Assembly: GCA_963663165.1 (NCBI GenBank)
Contig: OY760175.1
Location: forward strand, 3,776,001 to 3,840,000
Length of the DNA: 64,000 nucleotides
Reading direction: 5' to 3'
DNA from: an uncultured Desulfospira sp.
GTDB lineage: Bacteria > Desulfobacterota > Desulfobacteria > Desulfobacterales > Desulfobacteraceae
The notes under the pieces were generated by a model, which had not been told where the DNA came from, did no database searches, and saw only the letters and a program-made list of their open reading frames with translations. This document shows positions 38,586 to 48,293 of the stretch, one piece after another (position 1 is the first letter of the stretch; every line of letters begins with the position of its first letter). Position numbers and translations under genes: made by a program.

Positions 38586-39503
38586 ATGAATAATACTGAT
38601 CTAAAATTGATGAAAGAACTCCAAAAAAATGGGGCGGTTAGCTACTCAGAACTGTCCACCATACTTGGGGTTACCCCGAAAACTGTGGGCAAACGGGTTG
38701 AAAAGCTGATCCAGTCGAGGATCATATCGGTCAGGGCACAGCCGAACCCTTACAAACTCGGGCTGTCCGCCTGTGCCATTGTGGCCATTAAAGCCAATGC
38801 CACCGCCGTTGAAGGAATATGTGATCATCTGGCCGGCTTCTTTCATGTTAATCTGGTTCAGGTCTTTTTCGGAAGATTTGATATCATGGCCATTGTCTAT
38901 TTTCCCGATTTTGAGATGCTGCATCAGTTTATTGATAATGAGTTGTATACCATCGAAGGCGTCACCCAGCTCGAACTATTCTTTGTCCATGAAATTTTCA
39001 AACGGTATGATCGTTTTTTTAAAAAAGAACCGTTCCAGAAAGAACCGGTAAAATTATCCCAGAACGACTGGGAGCTTATTTCAGAACTGTCCAAAGACGG
39101 GCGTTTAAACCCTTCTGTCCTGGCTGAAAAACTCGGCATCCATGTAACCACGGTCTACCGCAGAATCTCGGCTTTAACCGAAGGGGATATTATTAAAATA
39201 AGCGGGGTGCCCAACCCGCTGAAGTTTGCTTACTCGGCCAGTGCTTATATAATGTTGGACGTCAATCCCAATAATGTACAGCAGATCTGTAAAAAACTGC
39301 TCCCTTATAAGGAAGTTCATTTCATCATGACACTGGGCAGGCGGTCAGGAATGATTATCTGTGTTCATTCCACGGATACGGCATCGCTGCATCAGTTTCT
39401 TCAAAAGGTGATCATCCCCTTAGACGGTATCATTGATACGGAAACCTTAATCGGGGCATCGGTGAAAAAAACATATTACGGATGGCTGATCGGAATCGGA
39501 TAG
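38586..39503 (+). CDS. tandem (double) Lrp/AsnC transcriptional regulator
   Basis: Two HTH-AsnC + RAM units (ELQKNG..SYSELS..LGV; ELSKDGR..LAEKLGIH.TTVYRR). Confidence 0.9.
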   Translation: MNNTDLKLMKELQKNGAVSYSELSTILGVTPKTVGKRVEKLIQSRIISVRAQPNPYKLGLSACAIVAIKANATAVEGICDHLAGFFHVNLVQVFFGRFDIMAIVYFPDFEMLHQFIDNELYTIEGVTQLELFFVHEIFKRYDRFFKKEPFQKEPVKLSQNDWELISELSKDGRLNPSVLAEKLGIHVTTVYRRISALTEGDIIKISGVPNPLKFAYSASAYIMLDVNPNNVQQICKKLLPYKEVHFIMTLGRRSGMIICVHSTDTASLHQFLQKVIIPLDGIIDTETLIGASVKKTYYGWLIGIG

Positions 39504-39514
39504 GCGGCCCTGCA

Positions 39515-39697
39515 TAACGGCCACGGGCCGCCTTGGTTATCCAACCGAGAGCCGCCCACAACGAATAAGGAAAGTCTTCTCAGGACGTTAGTGAGACTTT
39601 TATATAACGGCCACGGGCCGTCTTGGTTATCCAACCAAGAACCGCCCACAACAAATATTGAAAGTCTTATCAGGATGTTAGTGAGACTTTCATATAA
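39515..39697 (+). repeat. 90-bp two-hairpin repeat, head-to-tail dimer (copies 2 and 3)
   Basis: TAAC at 39515 and 39605; exact 90-bp period. Confidence 0.92.
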
Positions 39698-39810
39698 AAC
39701 GAAATACCGGCGTCTGCATTTTTTTAAGGCAGATGCCCAGGCTATAGACAAGCCCCGGCAGGGGTTAATTTTAATTAACAGAATGCAAATGACTAGGAGG
39801 CTTAAGGAAT

Positions 39811-40137
39811 ATGAAAGTTGTCAAAAATGCACAAGGTACGCCTTACGAAGCGCCTAAACATTTTGGTGTTTACGGAATTCAAAAATTTGTAGAAGAATCA
39901 AAACGGGTCAAGGTATTTTACTCATACTTTCAACCCAACGGCGGGGCTGACATGTCCGGGTCCCCCACCGAAAAAATATACTATCTGGTCAGCGGCAGTA
40001 TTACCGTAAAAGGCACATCAGAAGAACACGTTATGAACCAGGGCGATATCATTTTTATCGACGCCGGCGAAGAACGTGAAATCACCATCAACGACGGCAA
40101 ACCGGCCGAGCTGCTGGTGTTTATTATCACGCCTTAA
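39811..40137 (+). CDS. cupin domain protein
   Basis: EKIYYLVSGSITV...GDIIFIDAGEER; AGGAGG upstream. Confidence 0.85.
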   Translation: MKVVKNAQGTPYEAPKHFGVYGIQKFVEESKRVKVFYSYFQPNGGADMSGSPTEKIYYLVSGSITVKGTSEEHVMNQGDIIFIDAGEEREITINDGKPAELLVFIITP

Positions 40138-40188
40138 CAGAGGTTTAACAAAGCGTAACCATTCAACAAATATTGAAAAGGATGACCA

Positions 40189-40956
40189 ATGACAGATATA
40201 TTCAGATTAGACAATAAAGTCGCTGTGGTTATCGGTGGGGCCGGCGGAATCGGAGAAGCCTGTTCTGTTGGACTGGCAAAACAGGGCGCCACCACCATTA
40301 TTGCCAGCCGGAACCTGGAAAAGGTTCAGGCCGTTGCCGATGACATCGCATCCAAAACCGGGGCCACAACCGGCGCCTTTCAGGTGGATGCCACGGATGA
40401 AGCCAGCGTCACCAAGCTGGCCGCAGATATTGCCGAAAAATACGGCAAAATAGACATCCTGGTCAACACCCACGGCATGAACAAAAAAGGCGCGCCCCTG
40501 GAATTTGACATGAATGACTGGGACCACTTGTTTTCCGTCAACGTCAAAGGGGTCATGATGGCCTGCCGGGCCTTTGCCAAATACATGATTGACCAGGGAA
40601 AAGGCAAAATCATTAACATGTCCTCTGTCCGGGGCATCCGGGGCACCGGCGGCGGCAATGTGGCCTATGGTGCCACCAAAGGCGCCGTAGACATGATCAC
40701 CCGTATGCTGGCTGCCGAATGGGCACCGTACAACATCAATGTCAATGCCATGGCCCCCTCTCTGGTCCTGACAGACACCATTAAAAAAGCCGTGGCCCCG
40801 GACCGCCTGGAAATGCTGGCCAAAAGCAGCCTTTTCAAACGCCTGGGCACCCCGGAGGAAATGGCAGGGGCCTGTGTGTTCCTGGCCTCTGAGGCATCAG
40901 ATTTCATGACCGGCCAGATTCTTTATGTAGACGGCGGACTGACAGCTGTGGGATAG
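40189..40956 (+). CDS. SDR-family NAD(P)-dependent oxidoreductase
   Basis: GGAGGIG, YGATK, GQILYVDGG. Confidence 0.93.
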   Translation: MTDIFRLDNKVAVVIGGAGGIGEACSVGLAKQGATTIIASRNLEKVQAVADDIASKTGATTGAFQVDATDEASVTKLAADIAEKYGKIDILVNTHGMNKKGAPLEFDMNDWDHLFSVNVKGVMMACRAFAKYMIDQGKGKIINMSSVRGIRGTGGGNVAYGATKGAVDMITRMLAAEWAPYNINVNAMAPSLVLTDTIKKAVAPDRLEMLAKSSLFKRLGTPEEMAGACVFLASEASDFMTGQILYVDGGLTAVG

Positions 40957-40989
40957 AAACACACCTGCCTTGCGTAACTTAAGTTCTTA

Positions 40990-41053
40990 ACCATTGTCCT
41001 GATTGCCCCATGGGTTGGTAAAATTCAACCCCCAGGGTCATCAGGACAATGGT
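40990..41053. terminator. long intergenic hairpin between SDR and MFS genes
   Basis: ACCATTGTCCTGAT...ATCAGGACAATGGT. Confidence 0.5.
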
Positions 41054-41092
41054 GTTGCATTGGACAATCTTATAATATAAGGAGAAGGGTTC

Positions 41093-42292
41093 ATGCGCTT
41101 CCGGGTTACGGCCATTATCATTGCAGGGTTTACCACTATATTTGCCGCCTTCGGCATCCGGTATTCATACGGTGTCTTACTGCCGGAAATGCTTTCCTCT
41201 CTGGCCATCTCCAACACCGAGGCCGGTATCATCTACTCTTCCTATTTTCTGATCTATACCTTGAGTTCTCCCGTGCTGGGGTTGATGGTGGACCGGACCA
41301 ATGCACGGGTTCTGCTGACTGTTTTTGTCGCTCTGCTGGGCCTTGGCGGCTGCCTGATGTCAACGGCATCAACCGTTTTAACGGCCAGTTTCTTTTTTGC
41401 CATTGCCGGGCTTGGCCATTCCGCATGCTGGGCCCCCGTGGTCACCGTGGTCATGCGATGGGTAAGCCGGGAAAGAAGGGGAATCGTTCTGTCCGTCGTC
41501 GACCTGGGAAGCGCCAGCAGCATCGCCTTCTGGAGCTTTTTGATTCCCATTATCATCGGTTCATTCGAGTGGCGGCTGGTCTGGGTTTTACTCGGGTTAA
41601 CCGCCCTGATGGCGGCGGGGTTGAACTTTTTTGCCATCAAGGACCGGCCTTCCTGCCCCACCGGACCTGAAGAAACATTGAAAAAGCCCAGTGCCTCCAT
41701 CCGGGATACCTACCGGATCATTTTTTCATACCGTAGCTTTCACCTGATTGCCCTGTCCTACATGATGATCAGTTTTGCCATCCTCATTCCCTTTACCTTT
41801 TTGACCGCCTACAGCACCCAGAAGCTCAATATTCCTTATTCATCGGCAGCCCTTCTCATAGCGGTCATCGGCATTTCAGGATCTGTGGGCAAACTGATTC
41901 TCGGCTATGTCTCCGATCAGGTCGGCCGCATCCGGATCATGATGCTTTGCGGTGTCCTGGTGGGGTTAGGGGGGGTGGGGCTGGCGTTTGTACAGAATTT
42001 TTCCCTGCTGGTGATATCAACCATCATTTTCGGTGCCGGATACGGGACCATCTGGCCCCAGTACGCCGCTGCGGCCAGGGATTTGTTTTCCGAAGAATAC
42101 TCGGGCAGCGTCATCGGCCTTTGGACACTGTACCATGGCTTTGGCTCCGTACTGGCCCCGATCATTGCCGGCTGGAGCATCGATGCCACCGGGACCTACT
42201 TTTATGCCTTTATCATGACCATTGCCAGCGCGGTCCTTGCCCTGGTGCTGCTGCTGCCGCTAAGTGCCGGCAAAACAGCCGTAAACAAATGA
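41093..42292 (+). CDS. MFS transporter (OFA/MCT-like)
   Basis: 12 TM pattern; GLMVDRTNAR and GYVSDQVGR motif-A. Confidence 0.9.
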   Translation: MRFRVTAIIIAGFTTIFAAFGIRYSYGVLLPEMLSSLAISNTEAGIIYSSYFLIYTLSSPVLGLMVDRTNARVLLTVFVALLGLGGCLMSTASTVLTASFFFAIAGLGHSACWAPVVTVVMRWVSRERRGIVLSVVDLGSASSIAFWSFLIPIIIGSFEWRLVWVLLGLTALMAAGLNFFAIKDRPSCPTGPEETLKKPSASIRDTYRIIFSYRSFHLIALSYMMISFAILIPFTFLTAYSTQKLNIPYSSAALLIAVIGISGSVGKLILGYVSDQVGRIRIMMLCGVLVGLGGVGLAFVQNFSLLVISTIIFGAGYGTIWPQYAAAARDLFSEEYSGSVIGLWTLYHGFGSVLAPIIAGWSIDATGTYFYAFIMTIASAVLALVLLLPLSAGKTAVNK

Positions 42293-42358
42293 AAAGCACT
42301 GATGAACAGTTACGGGTCCTGATTTTTGCTCATTTTTCAGCATCAGCTGAATAGTCAC
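42282..42358 (+). mobile_element. truncated copy (right half) of the 152-bp GTAAC MITE
   Basis: AAGCACTGATGAACAGTTACGG...CAGCATCAGCTGAATAGTCAC matches ~61350-61425. Confidence 0.8.
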
Positions 42359-42366
42359 AAAACCGG

Positions 42367-42939
42367 TTAAGTTTCAGAAGGAATCATGATGTCATAATAA
42401 TTTTTGTCCTTGGAAGTTTTTTTATAGCTTGCCTCTCCCTTTAATGCATCTATGGCCGCTTGAAATTCATCTCCCAGTCCGGCCGGGTCAGAAATAGAAT
42501 CAGAGTCCCGGTAAATGATACAAAGATGAGACTGCAGCATGGATGTATTGATATAAATAACGGGGCCGCTTCCATTGTCCGTAATAGAGCTTTGAACCAG
42601 GCTTTTGATAAGTTTGAAAACCTTATCGTAATTCCCCTTGAATGCCTCTCCGCTGGGGTTTGAAAAGGATGTTTTAAGATTGTATCTGCTAAACCGGCGC
42701 TCTATGTTGGATAACAATTCCTCAATGTCAATGGGGCCGGGTTTGAACGGCACCCGGTTTTCCCCATACAGGGCATCTATCATGTCTTCCTCAAATTCAA
42801 AAATTTTTGTACTGAGCGAATCAGGGATGACCATGATGTCTTTGTTCTCGTCATCAAGAGACCCCATTGTCAGTGTTCCCTGCTGTTCCTTGATCCAGAT
42901 ACCCCTTTTTAATAATGAGGGATTTTGGTTGTTATCCAT
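42367..42939 (-). CDS. hypothetical protein with a degenerate HATPase-like fold
   Basis: GGAG RBS; IDIEELL...FKGNYDKVFKLIKSLVQSS...IIYRD resembles a kinase CA domain without N/G boxes. Confidence 0.6.
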   Translation of the reverse strand: MDNNQNPSLLKRGIWIKEQQGTLTMGSLDDENKDIMVIPDSLSTKIFEFEEDMIDALYGENRVPFKPGPIDIEELLSNIERRFSRYNLKTSFSNPSGEAFKGNYDKVFKLIKSLVQSSITDNGSGPVIYINTSMLQSHLCIIYRDSDSISDPAGLGDEFQAAIDALKGEASYKKTSKDKNYYDIMIPSET

Positions 42940-42967
42940 GCGTTATCTCCCAAGGTCAATAATTTAT

Positions 42968-43101
42968 GAAAAGCCACCCATCTGCTGCGTTTCAGAAAAA
43001 TTTGTAATCCTCAAACCCTTTATGGTTGCTCCGCTTGCAAATTTTTCTGCGCCTTGAATCTGGGCAACTTTTCACCCAAACACGGGTTTTCGCTCAGGCA
43101 C
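42968..43101. repeat. palindromic intergenic element (MITE-like, single copy here)
   Basis: CAGAAAAATTTGTAA...TTGCAAATTTTTCTG inner stem; GAAAAG...CTTTTC outer stem. Confidence 0.45.
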
Positions 43102-43274
43102 AAATTAGGTGAGCCAAATCTGATGTCTTAATCCAAATGTTTTTAAAATCTATCTGTTATTTAAAAGAATCGCAAGAATTTTATCCATGGCCACGCAAGA
43201 AGGTTGGATGGATATAAAGAAATACCGATCCAAGGGCAGAATCCGGGCCGCCGGGGTTATCCTCCTTTTTTTGG

Positions 43275-44951
43275 CTATCTGCCCGTCCCGCTGGAAAAAT
43301 CAATGGACAACAGATAGGACCTTAAATTTTTCTTTTTGTTTTTGATCCCGAGCTTCTTTCTTAAATTGTGGCGATGGATCTGAATGGTGTTTACCGACAG
43401 GTTCATCAGGTCGGCAATATCTTTGTTGGTTTTGCCTTCCCGGACCAGGGCGGCGACCTCGATTTCCCTGGCGGTCATGTCCGGATGATCCGTTACCACC
43501 CGCCTCATGAAGGGTGTAATGATATCATTGAGGTGGGATTCAAGAATCTCAAGGTAGTTCAGCTGGTTCATGTTCAGGCCCATTTTTTTGAGCTGGTATA
43601 CATAGGGAAGGGCCAGCTCCTTGACGTTCATGATGATTCGCCTTTCCATCTCTTTTTGATCGTCCTCCCGCTGGGCCAGCAGCACCTTTAAAGCGGTATT
43701 GGTTTCTTCTAAGCGAATAGATTTTCTTTCAAGCTCAGCCTCCCTTGATTCAAGCTCTTTCTCGGCCAGTTTTCTGGCCGTATGGTCCATGGAGATCATC
43801 CCGACCACCAGGCGATTCCGGGTATCCCGCAAAGGAAATTTAACCGTATGAAAATAGTGGAACCCGCCGGGGAAATTCATGGTTTCTTCCAGCTCCAGTG
43901 ATTTTCCCTGCCTGAGGATTTCCTGATTGGACCGGCTGATTTTTTGAGCGGTTTCAGATGAGAAGATATCTTCAAATCGTTTCCCCAGAACCAGATCCGC
44001 TTTTAACCCCACCAGGTTTTCCCATGCCGGATTGACCAGTTCAATGGTTCCGTCGGCACTGAAGACACTGATGGGCGCCGGCAGATTTTTTAAAAAAGAA
44101 TGGAGGTATTCATGGGTTTGCCGGTAATTTTGCTCAATCTTGCGCTGCTGGGTAATATTCAAGGTGATGAAAACCACCCCCTGGACCCTGCCATCCTCAT
44201 CTTTCACAGGGCTTGCCACTTCAATAAATGTCCTGCCGTCCTCCAGGAGGGTTTCCTTTTTTTTAACTTCGCCGGCCTTAAAGGTTTCCAGAGGAGAGCA
44301 CTCTTTTATGCACGGGGTGGACCGCCCCCAGATCAATTCATAGCAATATGGGTGGATGGGGCTTTCAGAACGGCTCCGGCCCAGCAAACCGGCGTTATCC
44401 CAAACGATACGGCGATCCGGGTCCAGGTACTTGATGTCGACCAGCCCTTCCAGTGCGTCCAGGATCGCCTGCTTTTCAGATTCTGACTGTTTCAGGGCCT
44501 GCAGGGCGGCCTGGTGTCCGGAGAGCTGTTCTTCTTGTTGTTCTTTTTCCCGGGTAATGTCCAGAAGAATACCGGCCACGGTCTGCAAGGGGTTGCGATC
44601 GCTGCGCTTAACCATGGCAAAGCGATCCCGGACCCAGCGAAATCCTTTGTTTTTCAACTTTACCCGGTATTCGATTTCACAGGGTTGATTTTCAAGGTCT
44701 GTACAATGGGTTATGATCTCGGGGGTTATGATTTTGGCAACCCGTTCCCTATCGTCTTTATGGATCATTTTTTTCCACGTGGAACGGCTGTATTGAACGC
44801 TTCCCGGTGTTTCTTCCAGCATCCCTGAACAATCATCAAAAATCATCATCCCGGTTGCCACATCCCACTCATAAACCGTTAGTCCTGTGCCACAGACAGC
44901 CTGGAATACTCTTTTTCTGGCCTTGGAATCGACCTGGTTAATGGATACCAT
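43275..44951 (-). CDS. multi-PAS, LuxR-HTH transcriptional regulator
   Basis: Three PAS-like segments; LEETNTALKVLL coiled coil; MTAREIEVAALVREGKTNKDIA...HRHNLRKKLG. Confidence 0.92.
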   Translation of the reverse strand: MVSINQVDSKARKRVFQAVCGTGLTVYEWDVATGMMIFDDCSGMLEETPGSVQYSRSTWKKMIHKDDRERVAKIITPEIITHCTDLENQPCEIEYRVKLKNKGFRWVRDRFAMVKRSDRNPLQTVAGILLDITREKEQQEEQLSGHQAALQALKQSESEKQAILDALEGLVDIKYLDPDRRIVWDNAGLLGRSRSESPIHPYCYELIWGRSTPCIKECSPLETFKAGEVKKKETLLEDGRTFIEVASPVKDEDGRVQGVVFITLNITQQRKIEQNYRQTHEYLHSFLKNLPAPISVFSADGTIELVNPAWENLVGLKADLVLGKRFEDIFSSETAQKISRSNQEILRQGKSLELEETMNFPGGFHYFHTVKFPLRDTRNRLVVGMISMDHTARKLAEKELESREAELERKSIRLEETNTALKVLLAQREDDQKEMERRIIMNVKELALPYVYQLKKMGLNMNQLNYLEILESHLNDIITPFMRRVVTDHPDMTAREIEVAALVREGKTNKDIADLMNLSVNTIQIHRHNLRKKLGIKNKKKNLRSYLLSIDFSSGTGR

Positions 44952-45260
44952 TGAATAGGTCCTGTTTAGATTTTCTACTATAAAACAGCTATATTTATTA
45001 GCTGTTTTTTTAATGTTGAATCAATATATTCAGTTAAGATAAGTATAACTACACTGAGCAAGAGATAATGGCAAGACAATTTACGTTTGATTGGTAAGCA
45101 CCATACCATGTTCCAAAGCACTTAAACGGGGCCATCACAGCGGAAGGCAGGCCGATGCCGATTTTTTAACAGACGATGAGAAATGCGGCCTTATATTCAA
45201 ATTATTCAGGAATAAGACCGGGTCAGCAATAAAAACCGTTTTAGCAAAAGGAGATTGAGT

Positions 45261-46274
45261 ATGAGCAAAACAGTTAAAGTATTCATGTGTGTCTTGTTGT
45301 CCATCGGCTTTGTTTCGTCAAGCGCGTTTTGCGGCCCCATGGTTATAAAAGGCATAACTGCCTTTCCCAAAAACCATCTGTCCAATGATCCGGTCCACAT
45401 TTTCGTAGAAAAAATAAACCAGCGGGCCCAGGGGAAATTAAAAATAGACTGGGTAGGGGGGCCTGAAGTTCTGAAGTCCTTTGATCAGATTCACGCCCTG
45501 AAAGCCGGAACCATTGATATGCTGTTATATTATCCCTTTCCTTATATGAAGTCCCTGGTGCCGGTGGCTGAGGCCAAAGCGTTAAGCGAACTCACCCAGT
45601 GGGAAGAACGCGAATCCGGCGCTTTTGACCTGTTAAGTGAAATCCTGGCGAAAAAGGCCAATGCAAAATATATCGGCAGCCCTCACAGTTTTCTGGGCTA
45701 CCATATTTACACCAATAAAAAAATCCTGAGCATTGATGATTTCAAAGGCTTAAAAATCCGGGCTCAGCCCCTTTATGTCCCGTTGCTCAAGGCCCTTGGG
45801 GCCACCCCCCTGACCATGCCGGCACCGGAAATATACACAGCCATGGAACGGGGTGTGGTGGACGGGTTTATGTGGCCCAAAGTCGGCATGATCAGCTGGG
45901 GCCTCCAGGAGGTCACCAAGTACGTGGTTGAGCCGTCTATTTTTCGTATGGGCCAGGCCGTTCTCATGAACATGGACAAATGGAACAAGCTGCCCAAAGA
46001 TATGCAGGACCTTTTCAGCGAGGTGATGCAGGATATTGAATACATTGGGACCATGAGAAACATCATGATCGGCGAATATGAAGACAACGTCCGAAGACAG
46101 GCCGGGATGGAATATCTTAAACTCTCACCGGCCGATGCTGAAACGTTCGTTAAGACAGCTTATGAAAAAACATGGGAACTGGTATTGAAAAAAGCACCCG
46201 AATACGGCCCAAAGCTTCAACAGCTGTCTTCAAAACAGGCCGTGCCCAAAGGCAAATTTCCCTGGAAAAACTAA
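45261..46274 (+). CDS. dctP: TRAP transporter substrate-binding protein
   Basis: Signal peptide; DFKGLKIR; ALGATP..EIYTAMERGVVDG. Confidence 0.92.
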   Translation: MSKTVKVFMCVLLSIGFVSSSAFCGPMVIKGITAFPKNHLSNDPVHIFVEKINQRAQGKLKIDWVGGPEVLKSFDQIHALKAGTIDMLLYYPFPYMKSLVPVAEAKALSELTQWEERESGAFDLLSEILAKKANAKYIGSPHSFLGYHIYTNKKILSIDDFKGLKIRAQPLYVPLLKALGATPLTMPAPEIYTAMERGVVDGFMWPKVGMISWGLQEVTKYVVEPSIFRMGQAVLMNMDKWNKLPKDMQDLFSEVMQDIEYIGTMRNIMIGEYEDNVRRQAGMEYLKLSPADAETFVKTAYEKTWELVLKKAPEYGPKLQQLSSKQAVPKGKFPWKN

Positions 46275-46440
46275 TCCTCCCCCCTGCCAAAGCCGGTCTC
46301 CCTGACGGGTTTGGCAGGCAATGCATTCTGGTTATTTACCGGAAAGCCCAAAACAGCCCCTTGCAGGGGATTTGAAACATTTATGACGGATGGTTTGGAT
46401 TTTATACCCCAAGGGATGGACTGTTTACGAAAGGTGACTC

Positions 46441-46929
46441 ATGAAGCAAAAATTCTTTGATCCAATTATCAATTTCATGGCGTTTCTGGCCGGAACCGCT
46501 CTGGTTGCGGCGGTAGTGATTGTCTGTTTTGAAATCTGCATGCGGTACTTTTTTCACCGGCCCCAGATATGGACCGTTGAAGTCTGTGAGTATATCCTTT
46601 TTGGCATGACGTTTCTGGGTGCTCCCTGGCTGCTTAAAACCGGGGGCCACGTCAACATTGACGTTGTCATGTCCCAATTTGGGGCCAGGGGCCAGGCCGG
46701 TTTTAAGCTGTTCTATTCGGGCATGGGGATTTTAACCTGTCTTATCATCAGCTGGTTTTCCATTGCAACAGCCATTGAGTGCTATGAATCATCTGTTCTG
46801 ATCATTAAAGCCTTAAGCCTGCCCAAGCATTATTTCATCATATTAATGGCCGTGAGCTATTTTTTACTTTTTGTTGAATTTACAGGAACGTTCCTGGACA
46901 GCCTGAAACAGATAAGAAAGGACATTTAA
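46441..46929 (+). CDS. dctQ: TRAP small permease
   Basis: MRYFFHRPQIWTVEV, GHVNID, 4 TM. Confidence 0.9.
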   Translation: MKQKFFDPIINFMAFLAGTALVAAVVIVCFEICMRYFFHRPQIWTVEVCEYILFGMTFLGAPWLLKTGGHVNIDVVMSQFGARGQAGFKLFYSGMGILTCLIISWFSIATAIECYESSVLIIKALSLPKHYFIILMAVSYFLLFVEFTGTFLDSLKQIRKDI

Positions 46930-48237
46930 ATGGAATGGTGGTTGATTCTCCTGTTGATCGTCGGTGGATTCTTGTGTCTTCTGGCATCGGGCATGCCGGT
47001 ATTTCTTGCGTTTACCCTCATTGATATTCTTGGCATCTATTTTTTATGGGGCGGCAGTGCAGGCCTGGGCCAGCTGATCCACTCCATTTTCTCTTCCACG
47101 TGCAGTTTTGTTTTACTGCCGGTCCCTTTGTTCGTCCTGATGGGAGAACTACTGTTCTATTCGGGCGCCTTTATCCGGGCCATTGACACCCTGGACAAAT
47201 GGATGGGACGGCTGCCGGGCAGGCTGTGCATTCTCAGCGTGGGAGGGGCCACTATTTTTTCAACCCTGAGCGGATCAAGCATGGGAACGGCTGCCATGCT
47301 GGGCTCTTTGCTGCTTCCGGATATGATGGAAAGGGGATATCACAAGCACATTTCCATTGGCGCCTGCATGAGCGGCTCCCTGGCCATGATTATCCCGCCG
47401 AGCGCCCTGGCAGTCATTTTAGGGTCCCTGGCCGAGGTATCCATCGGGAAGCTGCTGATTTCCGGGATTGTACCGGGACTGCTCATCGCCTCCCTGTATA
47501 TTGCCTATATCGTCATCCGGTGCATGATTCAGCCCCACCTGGCGCCGGCCTATGAAACCGAAAAAGTCCCCTGGCCGGAAAAAATCACCTCTTTGATGAA
47601 AAATGTGATGCCCTTTACCATTATTATATTTATTGTCACCGGCCTGATCTTTGCCGGCCTTGCAACACCGACAGAATCGGCGGCCATGGGGGTTGTGGCC
47701 ACCATAGCCGTCATTTTTTTCTACGGCAGACTGACCATGGATGTTTTAAAGAAATCCATCATTGCCACCCTTAAAATAACGGTGATGATGCTGATGATTT
47801 TAACCGGATCTACCGCTTTCAGCCAAATTCTGGCATTTACCGGTGCCGGCCGGGGGCTTGTGGAGCTGGTGGTCGGTTTTCAGATGCCGGACCTGTCCAT
47901 TATTATCATGATGCAGCTGATGATGATTCTTCTGGGAACCTTTATGGAACAGGTCTCCATCATGATGATCACCTTCCCGATTTTCATGCCCATTGTTCTG
48001 GCTTTGGGATTTGACCCGGTCTGGTTCGGACTGCTGGTTCTGATCAATATGCAGATCGGAATGACAACCCCGCCTTTCGGGTTATGCCTGTTTGTCATGA
48101 GAGGGGTGGCCCCGCCCGGAATTCAGATGATGGATATTTATAAATCGGTCCTGCCCTTTATCACCATTGATATGATGACCATGCTGCTGATCATGTTTTT
48201 CCCCGGGATTGCTTTGTTTTTAACTCATTTCATGTGA
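46930..48237 (+). CDS. dctM: TRAP large permease
   Basis: PLFVLMGE, SGSS, IIPPS, TPTES, TPPFG. Confidence 0.93.
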   Translation: MEWWLILLLIVGGFLCLLASGMPVFLAFTLIDILGIYFLWGGSAGLGQLIHSIFSSTCSFVLLPVPLFVLMGELLFYSGAFIRAIDTLDKWMGRLPGRLCILSVGGATIFSTLSGSSMGTAAMLGSLLLPDMMERGYHKHISIGACMSGSLAMIIPPSALAVILGSLAEVSIGKLLISGIVPGLLIASLYIAYIVIRCMIQPHLAPAYETEKVPWPEKITSLMKNVMPFTIIIFIVTGLIFAGLATPTESAAMGVVATIAVIFFYGRLTMDVLKKSIIATLKITVMMLMILTGSTAFSQILAFTGAGRGLVELVVGFQMPDLSIIIMMQLMMILLGTFMEQVSIMMITFPIFMPIVLALGFDPVWFGLLVLINMQIGMTTPPFGLCLFVMRGVAPPGIQMMDIYKSVLPFITIDMMTMLLIMFFPGIALFLTHFM

Positions 48238-48293
48238 ACCGCTTCTAAACTGATGAAGATAAGCGTTTAAGCCATTTTTTTAAATTTTAACCG

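Noticed and set aside
39515..39697. Tandem repeats (also 37283-37372) as a CRISPR array
   Set aside because: Only two units, no unique spacers, wrong length, no cas genes
45069..45084. sigma-54 promoter upstream of dctP (TGGCAAG...)
   Set aside because: No GC at the -12 position
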